A stretch of 60,707 nt of DNA, the filler included, from Hausera hauseri (lineage: Eukaryota), in the NCBI GenBank assembly GCA_046269625.1. It is 11 parts of 11 records of this genome, joined end to end, with 100 filler letters (N's around TTAATTAATTAA, not from the genome) between each part and the next. Parts side by side here need not be neighbours in the genome. Positions count along the whole stretch, not along the records: positions 20,675 to 24,615 come from JBJURY010871182.1; positions 24,716 to 29,667 come from JBJURY010381258.1; positions 29,768 to 34,306 come from JBJURY010536231.1; positions 34,407 to 42,535 come from JBJURY010759873.1; 7 more parts are not named here. One strand, given 5' to 3'. Below the pieces are notes generated by a model. That model did not search any database. It worked only from the letters and a program-made list of their open reading frames with translations, and had not been told where the DNA came from. Position 1 is the first letter of the stretch. Each line of letters begins with the position of its first letter. Below are positions 24,534-35,083 of the stretch, piece by piece. A program made the translations under genes and the position numbers.

Positions 24534-24715
24534 CGTTGTAATATTTCACCATCTAATGATGGCACTGTTCTGCCTTCTCGTGTATGCGAGAGACGTAGTA
24601 TATGGGATATTGTGANNNNNNNNNNNNNNNNNNNNNNNNNNNNNNNNNNNNNNNNNNNNTTAATTAATTAANNNNNNNNNNNNNNNNNNNNNNNNNNNNN
24701 NNNNNNNNNNNNNNN

Positions 24716-25950
24716 CACTGCTGTATATTGATATTAATAACCTGTACGGCTGGGCGCTTTCGCAACCCTTGCCGTACGGTTCATTCGAATGGATTGTCGA
24801 CAGACAATATCTGGACGACATAATAGTCAACCTACCACGAGCAGACATGGCAGGCTCAGTCGGATACCTGATGGAGGTCGATCTCTTACCAGATGAGCTG
24901 CATGACGTTTTGGACGATTTACCGGTCGCACCATTTGACCAATGTCCGCCAGGCCCAAAAGTGAAGAAACGGCTCATGACGCGTGAACCGAAGCTGAATT
25001 ACGTGATCATTTGGCGTCTGATACAGTTCTACATGCGACTCGGTGTACGCGTCACACAGCTGCATCGTGTAATCCGATTTGCTCAGGCTCCTATACTCAA
25101 GGCGTACATAGATGGAAATTCGGAGAAACGAACTGCAGCTTGTACAAAGTTCGCAAAGGACTATTACGAGCTGAAAAACAATTCTCTGTATAAAAAACAG
25201 TGGAGAATCTTAAAAGCGACTCAATGTACGCCTATGAAACAGCGAAACGAGGTTGGCCACGTACACGAGTAATGCGCAATTTCGGCGGCCAATGCACATT
25301 GCCGATGGGCTGGTTGCGATGCTGTTAAACCGGAAAGAAGTCATTCTAGACCGGCCAAGTTACATCGGACAAGTGGTATTGGACTTGAGCAAGTTGCGAA
25401 TGTACGAGCTGCAGTATCGCAAATTGGTACGTTACCGGCAAATGTTCGACGGCTGTGAGATCAGTATCGTTGCCGGTGACACAGACAGTTTTTGCCTTGA
25501 GCTAAAAAACGTCAATCGCAACCAACTGCTCCGACAAATGATGGCAGATGGACTACTGGACATGTCCAATTATCCACCGGATCATCCGTTGTACAGCAGC
25601 GGGATTATCAATAAAATCGGATGCTTCAAGGATGAAAGTGAAGGCAGGGTTCAGTATCGGGAATGGATATTCCTACATCCAAAGTGCCAATCTTCTGATG
25701 GACTGTGGACCGAAAATGCTCGCCGAAGGAGTCCAGCTGAGATAGACGGAAATCGACCACGGTGATTATCGACGTATCTATGAAGGAGGACAATCAAAGG
25801 CTGTTGTGTCACAAACGATCATCCGATCGATTGAGCACAAGCTGTATACTGTGACCAATACAAAAGTCGCTTTATCATGCAATAATGATAAGCGTAAGTG
25901 GGTGGGGCGAGAAGAGTTAAGCGTAAGGACATTGGCGTATGGAATAAAAC
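24716..25950 (+). pseudogene. polB: Second Polinton pPolB copy (C-terminal half), fragmented
   Basis: LLYIDINNLYGWALSQPLPYG, ELKNNSLY, IVAGDTDSF, IGCFKDE, LSCNNDKR; clearly homologous to 20675-21920 but with different lesions. Confidence 0.92.
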
Positions 25951-26172
25951 ACGCACGCGCATGCAGAATTCGGTGCAGACAGACAAATCAAATTACTGTG
26001 ACAATTCATTGTGATCTGTTTGTTTTGTATAAAGAATGTATATTGTTCGTTGTTTTGGCCTTTTTGTTTAATTGTCATTTAATTTATCTGTTTGACTTAA
26101 TGTGAGAGCAAATATAAAAAGACGACAAAATCAATAAAATTTATTAATCATAAGCTAAAATCAAAAATAAAG

Positions 26173-26616
26173 TCAAATCAGCGTAAACTTTCCCAGCTTC
26201 CATATTGATGATTTAACGCCGTGCAGATCCTTGTATCCTTTCAACTTCAATGTTAGATTACCTTTAGCTCCTTCCGGTGGTAAAACTGTTGCTGCTGCTG
26301 CTGCTGTTTCTCCGCCATGTGAACTGACAATTTTCGCCATGTCCTTTGAGAAAAATCGGCAATGTATCTAGAATATCGTTACTCAACGCCAAATCACTGT
26401 CAACTTTTCTAATTGTCTTCCATCGTATCCAAATCATCGTCGCTGATCTTTTTCATCAATAGACCATATTTCACCGGTTTAATGTTGACAGTTTGCGTCA
26501 ATGGCAATTGAATAGAGTTGCGCAGATAATGTAAGTTGTATCCATTATATAACCGGGAATTTCTGAGCGAATATTCGCTGAACCGTGGCTTTTTTGAGAC
26601 ACTGTAACCTGCTCAT
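26173..26616 (-). pseudogene. Decayed Polinton accessory gene, possibly a ssDNA-binding protein
   Basis: Frameshifted reading ..NIKPVKYGLLMKKISDDDLDTME..PPEGAKGNLTLKLKGYKDLHGVKSSIWKLGKFTLI*; TATAAA upstream; function is a guess from the beta-strand pattern. Confidence 0.3.
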
Positions 26617-26790
26617 TTGTTTTCCAAAGACAATGTTTAAAAACAAACGTGAAATAAAATTGCATTTCTATTTATATCAAAGGTTTGTTTTCATTGTAAA
26701 CAATAGAAATTTACTTTGAGTATTGTCTCATATAACAGTGATACAAATTAACTACACGTCATTGAAGCCCATGTTCCGTTATTGAAGAAG

Positions 26791-27264
26791 TCAATCGTAA
26801 TAAACGTGTACAAGTTCCATTATAGCACATTAACATACCGGACACTGGTGGGTTACTTTGGTGGAACACATTTGACAAACAACGAGATGGCGGCACATTA
26901 TGAATACCGTATCCACTTTTCTTTGTTTAAATACTACACATAAAGTGACAGTCTCGTACTTTGTCCATTATTTTCTCTTTCAAGTTCGTTAATTCACTGC
27001 GTACCTTTTGAACAGTATCAAGGTAATTTGTATCGTATAATCGGTGAATGTACATTTGATTTAACACACACAATAATTAGATTTTCTATAGAGCTACAAT
27101 CTGTTCAGGTCATCAATGCTATTGACGCTAAATTTTCTTTAAATACAAAATAACCTGTTGCTCTCGCAACCAGCTCACTATTAATGTACTTGTCACCGTA
27201 CCAAATCTGAAATTAATAATCCATCAAAATTTTGCAATTCCTTCAGTTGATTAACTATTTCCAT
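26791..27264 (-). pseudogene. RING-HC (IAP-type) E3 ligase-like gene, decayed; RING at 26791-26940
   Basis: Manual translation LCVVFKQRKVDTVFIMCRHLVVCQMCSTKVTHQCPVC*CAIMELVHVYYD* fits the C-terminal IAP/MGRN-type C3HC4 pattern with one C->F and one nonsense change; absent from the ORF track. Confidence 0.78.
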
Positions 27265-27370
27265 GATAATTAATATTATTTCCTACCCGTATTTATAGTT
27301 TATGAATTATTAAACTGACCAATACGACGTACCATATTTAGGGAAAGAAAAAAAACAGAAATACGTTTAT

Positions 27371-27865
27371 TTATTTGCATGAAATATAGTCAATGCAAAG
27401 CCGTAGACATTTTTTGTAAGCACAATACGGTCCATGATCACTATTCGGACATTGGATGTTGTTAGGTACCACCGCCAGCAAGCTGTTTGATGCTGTTGTT
27501 GAATACGTCGTCATTCTCAGCTCGGAAAACTGTGAATGGAGTTGTGCAAACTTTTGTCCGCCAATTTGATCTTTAATGTAAAATATTGTATTTTTAATGT
27601 CAAAACGATCACAAATATCTCTCATAATACACGGCGCAAAAAACGTTGAATTGCCTTCATACCAATAAAGTCCATGACAATGTCGAAAGAGTAATCCATT
27701 TGTAATTTTCGCTTTATCCGTCAGGTCTTTTCACACAATACAGGGCTTGAATATGTACACAAGCGGTTCGAAAATGTTACCACGGTCAATACTGCATAAT
27801 TCCTTTATTATGTACCGGGCATTATCATCTTGGAAAGCTTCAATATTTATAAATCTTGTCGCCAT
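27371..27865 (-). pseudogene. DEDDh/Maelstrom-like nuclease-fold protein (164 aa, one in-frame TGA)
   Basis: MATRFINIEAF..YIIKELC..YIFKPCIV*KDL..TNGLLFRHCHGLYWYEG...QCPNSDHGPYCAYKKC: (D/N)xE strand plus E..C..H..C arrangement like the MAEL ECHC zinc site. Confidence 0.55.
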
Positions 27866-27916
27866 TACTTATCTGGTACAAAATTATTTTTTGTTTTTAA
27901 CAGTCAAAACAGCTAA

Positions 27917-28450
27917 CTATTTATTATTATCACAATCACCAAAGCCAAATTCTTTGCGTTCATTTCGTATCGATTCATTGACGCAAAACAATCCCCATTG
28001 TTCCGATGACATTACATTGAATTCCGCCTCTTCACTGCGAAGAAAAACGATTTGTGTGATTGCACTGCCTTTCGAAAAAGCATACGGTTCTCCGGATTGG
28101 TTTTCCAGCAACACCTTAATTTCACCACAAAAGTCTGAATCAATGACACCGCCCACAACCGTCAGTGGGAGCTTTCCCAGTCCACTTTTGGATAACAGTT
28201 GACCGTAGTAACCCGGTGGAGTGGCCAATCGAATCCCAGTCGTTATGCATTTGATTGTGGAGTCAAAAATTGTCGTATTGACATTGGAAAACACATCGTA
28301 GCCTGCACTGTTTGCTGTAACACGTCTCGGTACAAAAGAATTTTCGTATGTTAACATAATCTTTACATCATTCATCATCATTATTCTTATGCCTATATTA
28401 AAATTACACGTCTCATCAGCATCAATACATCCTAAAAAAATGCGATTCAA
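27917..28450 (-). CDS. dut: Trimeric dUTPase
   Basis: All five motifs: SAGYDV, LSKSGL, GGVIDSDFCGEI, ITQIV, ERKEFGFG; ORF open; true start probably the MMM near 28378. Confidence 0.93.
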   Translation of the reverse strand: MNRIFLGCIDADETCNFNIGIRIMMMNDVKIMLTYENSFVPRRVTANSAGYDVFSNVNTTIFDSTIKCITTGIRLATPPGYYGQLLSKSGLGKLPLTVVGGVIDSDFCGEIKVLLENQSGEPYAFSKGSAITQIVFLRSEEAEFNVMSSEQWGLFCVNESIRNERKEFGFGDCDNNK

Positions 28451-28764
28451 ACGTAGTCAGCCGTACTTTATTGCTTTGCTCAAGGTACCTACGAGACAAG
28501 CGAAACATGATGCGATCATTCCCACAATTTGTAGTAGACGATTTGATGGAAATTTTATACAATATCATTGTGGGTCACGTTGACATTGGTAGTGAAAAGC
28601 GGAATTTACTAAAGTATAGAACACGACTCATTGGCCTTGCCAACGCTCGTAGTAAACGACTGAAACGAGAGGTCATGTACGAGCAAGATGGCGGATTCCT
28701 TGGTACAATTCTACCGATTGTCACGTCATTACTGGGTGTACTCATTGCTTCTGCAGCAGCATAG
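28440..28764 (+). pseudogene. Polinton/adintovirus pX-like small core protein (one frameshift near the 5' end)
   Basis: Basic segment followed by EQDGGFLGTILPIVTSLLG, resembling the GG|F cleavage site and hydrophobic tail of adenoviral pX; directly upstream of the integrase. Confidence 0.7.
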
Positions 28765-28906
28765 CATAAACAAAGACGGTAAGTATATAGTGATTCGGCG
28801 ATATAGGTGCATGGTTTTCATCATTTTGCCCCAGTTTACCTAATCTTTCATTTACGTTTCGTTCAAATTGTTGTAATTTTAACAAAAAGGACAAACGACA
28901 GCAACG

Positions 28907-29667
28907 ATGGGCGACGTGTCGTTCGACCCGCGTCATCCCGTTGGCTATACAGGTGTCGACAGATAGGGAAAGACTGTCAAAAAGACTCGGAAACAGACCC
29001 AGTGCTGGCTCGGGAAACAGTTAGCATACAGTCTAAACAAACCGATAAAGCGGTTTCTAACTCGTACATACCGTTCTGCCGGTGTAAATAATGTATGGCA
29101 AATGTATCTGATAAAAATTATTCCGTACGCCAGCATCAACGATGGGTATCGGTACGTGCTAACATGCGGTGATGTGTTAAGTCCTTTTGCACAAGCAATT
29201 GCCGTGAAATCTAAATCCAGTAGAGATTGCCGACGCTGTTCAGACAGTGATGCAACAACAGCCGAAGCATTTACAAACGGATTTAGGTAAGTAATTCTAC
29301 AACGCCCACGTTGCAGCGGTCTTGAAACGGTTCGGCGTAAACCACTGCTCGACGTTTTCCCAATACAAGGCTGCACTCGTTGAACGATTTAATCGAACAT
29401 TGCGCGGTAGCCTAAACAAATTCTTTACGAAGCAAGGCAACAAACGCTGGATAGATGTACTACCGGACAGCATTCATGCATACAATCATTCGACACATCG
29501 TGGTATCAATGGATTACGGCCGGTTGACGTACTCGATGATTTTAACATGCGGCTTTATAAAAACAACAACCAACTACAAGGTCGCCAAGCAATTAAACGT
29601 CGCCCAAAATATAAAATCGGTGCTTACGTACGTATTTCGAAAATAAGTACGACGCCATTCATTAAGA
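28907..29667 (+). pseudogene. int: Polinton retroviral-like (rve) integrase, fragmented and truncated by contig end
   Basis: FDPRHPVGYTG..WL..AYSLNKP..VWQM..NDGYRYVLTC.DVLS..; KAALVERFNRTLR..KRWIDVLP..AYNHSTHRGI; KYKIGAYVRISK. Confidence 0.88.
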
Positions 29668-29767
29668 NNNNNNNNNNNNNNNNNNNNNNNNNNNNNNNNN
29701 NNNNNNNNNNNTTAATTAATTAANNNNNNNNNNNNNNNNNNNNNNNNNNNNNNNNNNNNNNNNNNNN

Positions 29768-32700
29768 ATCCTCTCGTCTGTAGGAGTCTCCTCTCAAGCG
29801 GTTAATTTAAACAATGACCGTACAGGGGTTCCAAATAATGCTTGCGTTGGTGAACATCCTGTGGAAGTAGATGGAGTGTTCCGCCGACCAAGTAGAACGA
29901 ACTGTAGAAGTGTAGTCCAATTGATGTTTGACTGTGCAAGGATTCGAAGTGATGTTTTCAAGGTTCGGTGGAAATGTTCGAGAAGGCCATTTTATTGGTG
30001 ATGATAAGGTTTTGTATGAATGTGACTTATTCCCAATTGGTTCACTAGAGATTTGAACAGATTCGATTGGAATTGAGGACCTTGGTCTGAGATGATAGAA
30101 CGAGGGGATCCGAATCTACTAATCCACGTACGGATAAATGTATCGGCTATTGTGTCAGTGTTTGTGCTCCGCAGTGGAATGGCTTCCGGCCATCGTGAAG
30201 AACGATCCATTATGGTCAGAATAAATTGATGGCCGTTGTTTATTGGAAGATGACCAGTGATATCAATATGTACGGTTTCAAAAGGTGATGTGCATGGGAA
30301 GTGGTATAATGGAGATTTTAGATGTTTTATTGTTTTATATTTCTGACAAGGCAATCACTCTTTTTCCCACGTTTTCACATTAGAACACATAGTTGGCCAC
30401 ATCCCTTGTCGGTGGAGCAAGCGAAAAGTCGGCTTAGTACCAGGATGATGCAAGGAATGTACACTATTAAACGCTTGTCGTTGTAAAGGTGGTGCGAGAA
30501 TTATTACGGAATGACCCGGTTTGGAAGTGTCTAAAGCTACGTCGTCAACAATTGTACAAGACTTAAAAGATTTAAGCATGTCTTGTGGTGGTTGGTTCTG
30601 TTGAATTTGTGCTTGAGTGAAGATGGTTGAAAAGTTAATAAAACCAACCGTCCTTGATAAGAAATCGGCAACCAAATTATTGACGCCGTTAATATGTTTT
30701 ATGTCGAAGTTAAAAGGAGGCAGATATGATATTTGTCGTTCTTGGCGTGAGGAAGGATATTTCATAGCCATGATGTTTAGCAGAGGCTTGCTGTCGGTCT
30801 CTAAGGTAAAACGGCGAGCGAAAAGTAGGTGGGAGAAATGCTTTAAAGCGAGTACGATGGCCAATAATTCTCGATTAAACGTTGAATATCGAGTTTCAGG
30901 GATGTCAGCTTACGAGAGAAAAATACTAGTGGTTGATTTTCTCCTTTGTATATTTGATGAAGCAGAGCACATACCGCAGTGGTTGAAGCGTCTGTAGTAA
31001 GAATGAGTTCCGCGTCAGGCTCAGGGAAAGCGAGAATATCGACGGTCTTAATTCCTTCACGAAGCTTGTCAAACTTATCAAACAGGTCAGGTGTCTACAG
31101 GATTGGCTAATGTTTTTTTCCACCGCTTAAGTGGGCGAATGGTGCAGTAAGTTCAGAGCAGTACGGCACATACTTGTGAACGAAGCGCAAGGTTTCCAAA
31201 AAGCTCCTCATTTTTGATGTTGTTCGGGGTAGTTGTATACATTTGAGGGCTTCTACACGTTCGGGTTGAGGAGAATGACAATTCGCTGAAATGATGTGTC
31301 CGAGAAAGTTAATACGCTTTTGGAAGAAGTGACACTTCGTAAAATTAATTTGTAAATTATGGTGGTTAAGCCATTGGAAAATAGAACAAAGATGTTCCTC
31401 ATGCTGTTTGCTTGAAAATGAAGCAATCAAGATATCGTCGATATATGGGTGCGCGAAAGTGAAATCCGAGAGGATGGAATCGATGTGACTTTGGAAAGTC
31501 TGTGCAGCGTTGCGTAAACCAAAAGACATAAATGTATTCGTACAGACCGAAAGGTGTCGTAACGGCAATTTTCTCAATGTCCACAGGTGCTACAGGAATT
31601 TGATGATATGCCTTGGCTAAATCTATGGTTGAATATACTGTAGTGGAATTGAGCCGGTTCAGGATATCCTTAATTAATGGTAAAGGATATGCGTCCATAA
31701 CAGTTAGTGTTTAGCTGACGGTAATCACCGCATGGTCGGAAGGATTTATCCCTTTTTTAGACAATGTGCAAAGGTGAAGACCACGGAGATTAAGATATGC
31801 GTACAATGCCGGAACGTTCCAGGTCTAGAAATTCAGCATTGACAGCTTGCATACGACGAGGTGACAATGGACGTACCTTTTGCCGAATAGGTCTTTGGTG
31901 TTGCGTTATGATGTGATGAAAAGTGCTGTTTGTAGGTGTGAAGGTTCGATCTTTTTGAATTAAGCGGGGGCATGAATTGTGTATGTATTGCCGAATACTT
32001 TCGGACAATTGCGAGAGATCGTGTGATGGTTGTGGTGTTGATTCAATATGTACAGTTACTAGTGAAGTTGGCGAGTTATTGAAATCAAGAGGAATTTGGT
32101 GTAATATAGTAGTGTTACAAATTGTGTTTGTAGAGGTTAGTTTATCTAATGAATGTACTAAACCAAGGCAGTCATAGTTGTGAGAATCAAATCTCGATTG
32201 AATATCGATATTATCATTAAAAAATTTACGGATTGAAAAGAGCTTGTTGACGAAGTTTGGATTACTTACAGGATTTTTGAGTATAGTCTTCCGTGGGAAA
32301 ATCGTTTGTGCCTTAGCGGATATACTATTTATTTGTTAGGTAGGATGTCCAGTAGTGTTACGTTTCAGATATTGTTGTTTGCAGTCAACTAAAAGATTAT
32401 AGTGCGATAAGAAATCCGAACCTAGAATTGCTGTGCGGACGTTAGCGACGGTAAACGTCCAATGAAACGTGGACTGAAAGTTTGGTAAAGTGAACCACAA
32501 TTTAGATGTAGCTAAAATATCAAGTGGTGGTCCTGAAGCCGTAAATAACGATTTAGTTTTGAATGGTAGGTTTTGTACAGGGAAAGTGAGTGGTAGCAAA
32601 GAAACCGCAGTGCCTGTGTCGATAAGAAAATCTATGGATTGATTTGTTGGTGTGGTTATCGAAGCCTTTAGTGTAAAAACTGAAAAAGAAGAGTGTCGAC

Positions 32701-33640
32701 GGGTAGTTTTGGAGAAGTTGTCTTTGCCAGACACTGCCGTAAGCGCTGGGGGCGAAATCAGTGTTTTTGGATTGGTGAATTAGGGCGGTTACCTCTAGAG
32801 AAACTGGAACATTTATCAGTGGTGTAATTATTGTTAGTTTTATAGTTACAACTTGAAATACAGTTCCGAGCTCTAGATCCAAATTTTGCATGATAGATGC
32901 AGACTATGTTATCTGAGTGTAGATTCGGCGAATAATATCTACACTCAAAGCAGCAGTTATTTGTGTTGTTATTAAATTTTTTGTGATAATAGCATATAAA
33001 TGACCGCAGTGGTGACTGTGTTCGATTTCTGGAAGGAAAACGTATTGAATGAGACGAGGAAGCATTCCGTCGATGTAAGGAAAGGTCATTCAGATTATCA
33101 TTGATGATGTTAATTGTGTGTTGTAGTGCCGCATTTTCGGCGCGTAATTGGTTCAATTGATGCTTGATAGATGTATGTCGTTGATCGTCATCGGTCGTAA
33201 TAGTGGCTGATATGATGGGTTGTGATTGGATTTGTAAGCCGTCGTGTGCTTTATCGGCCAATTCAGCTAGTTTATCTAAGCTGTAGAATCTTCAACAACG
33301 GTAAGCAAAGCCCTGATTTGAATTGGTAAAGCGTTAGAGAAATATTGTCGAAGTAGATCGGGATTGTGTTCCTTGGTGACGCCTAGAGTATGTAAGTGAG
33401 CTAATGAGGTGCGTAGGAAATCGCTAGGTTCGCTACGCATTTCCACGCCGAATAACATTATCGCATTATAAAATTGGTGTTTCATTATAATGTCCTCAAG
33501 CGACTGATTCTGTTTCAAAGATGTTGATGTGCGCATGGATGTAATGGCGGCACTGATATTCTTCATTGATTTATTCGAATAGTAACAAAAATTTAGATAG
33601 AAACTACTATTGTCGATGTACGACAAAATAGGTATACGGC
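29768..33640 (-). mobile_element. Decayed Ty3/Gypsy LTR retrotransposon, CsRn1-like (gag-PR-RT-RH-INT)
   Basis: Gag with two C-x2-H-x9-C-x3-C motifs (CYYHKKF.., CIYHAKFGSRARNCISSC); LIDTGTAVS; YPLP..IDLAKAYHQIP..YIDDILI; ETDSKPL..VADFLSR; VHIDI..SDQGPQF; multiple frameshifts; no LTRs on the contig. Confidence 0.9.
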
Positions 33641-33641
33641 C

Positions 33642-34306
33642 TTGAATATGCGTTCTGATGTGCAACTGTGGGTTAAGGAGTGCGTGGCCTGTCAAAAATT
33701 TAAAATCACCAAACATTTGAAGCCACCACTTTATCATTCCCCTTGCACATCATGTCTGGAGTCTGTTCACATTGATCTCGTTGGCCCTCTTCCTCCTGAT
33801 AATGGCCATAAGTTCGTTTTGACCATGATGTATCGTTCCTCATGTTGGCCAGAAGCTGTCTTCCTACGAAGCACTAACACGGACACTATAGCCGATTTTT
33901 TCATACGCTCTTGGATCAGTAGATTTGAATCCCCTAGATTCATTAATACGGACCAAGGTACTCAGTTTGAGTCCAATTGGTTTAAATCTCTCATTAATCG
34001 ATTAGGGATCAACCATACACACACATCACCGTATCATTCCCAATCGAATGGTCTTTTAATTAGATTCCACAGAACACTAAAAACGTCACTGAGCATCCTC
34101 GCATAATCTAATAGCAGTAGGACTACTCTTCATCCGTTGGTTTTTCTGGGTTGGAGTAACATCTTTTCTACTTCTACTGTTTGTTTACCTACTGAAGCCC
34201 TTTTTGGAACATCTGTACGTTCACTATTTGAGTTAACTGCCTTGTAAGACATACTTACTGAAGAAACTATCCGAACGGCACAGGACCATTTTGTCTCAGT
34301 TAATAA
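33642..34306 (+). mobile_element. int: Inverted integrase fragment of a related CsRn1-like element
   Basis: CVACQK..VHIDLVGPLP..TDQGTQFES..SNGLLIRFHRTLK; homologous to 29800-30400 on the opposite strand. Confidence 0.88.
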
Positions 34307-34406
34307 NNNNNNNNNNNNNNNNNNNNNNNNNNNNNNNNNNNNNNNNNNNNTTAATTAATTAANNNNNNNNNNNNNNNNNNNNNNNNNNNNNNNNNNNNNN
34401 NNNNNN

Positions 34407-35030
34407 CCCTTGGGTGCACCCGTATGATTTTATTGAAATATATTAGGACATTAGTATTGATCTACGAATCAAAATAAATCCAGCCAAAAATATAAAGAAC
34501 TGAAAAAAAAACAAAAAAAACTTATATACAAATGAAGAAAATAAAGTGAAAACATGGAAATAAAATAATAATAATAAGCAAACTAACAAAATACTCAAGT
34601 TTTCAAGTTATACCATTTATCAAAATAAAAACACTTTTTCTATACCTGGAATCTCCTGTTCCAGTTCTTGAGAAAAAAATAATTCAATATCAATAAGACC
34701 CAATCTCAAAATCAAAATATTCAATCAAATATTGATGTCAAAACAATTATCAAAAAAATCTGCCAAAATTTCGAAACCCTAAGAAACCAAAACACATTAG
34801 AAAATGAGAAAATAACAAAATGAAAATTAAAATAAAAGCACTCACTTTATGATGGATGAAACCGGATAGTTAGAGAAAAGAATGAACAGAAGGTAAATAA
34901 AACTTAAAAGAAAGAAGCGGTTAAATTTTGTCACTAGTCACCCATCATTTACACTCATTCAAAAAAAAAAATCATTCACTCAACCTGTTACACAAAAATA
35001 TGAGGCAAAAACCTACCTATACTTACTACA
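34407..35030 (-). repeat. Partial 3' LTR (U3 side)
   Basis: Begins TGTAG right after the PPT on the minus strand; no visible overlap with the 5' LTR part, implying an LTR longer than about 1 kb. Confidence 0.75.
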
Positions 35031-35043
35031 TCCCTCCCACCTA
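35031..35043 (-). promoter_or_regulatory. Polypurine tract
   Basis: Minus strand taggtgggaggga directly before TGTAG, ~40 nt after the pol stop. Confidence 0.8.
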
Positions 35044-35083
35044 AGTTTGCCTCATATTTTTCCTAACCCACCTATTTTAACAC

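Noticed and set aside
20675-29667. The two polB regions as inverted arms of a single element
   Set aside because: They lie on different contigs separated by a linker and carry independent mutations; relative orientation is arbitrary.
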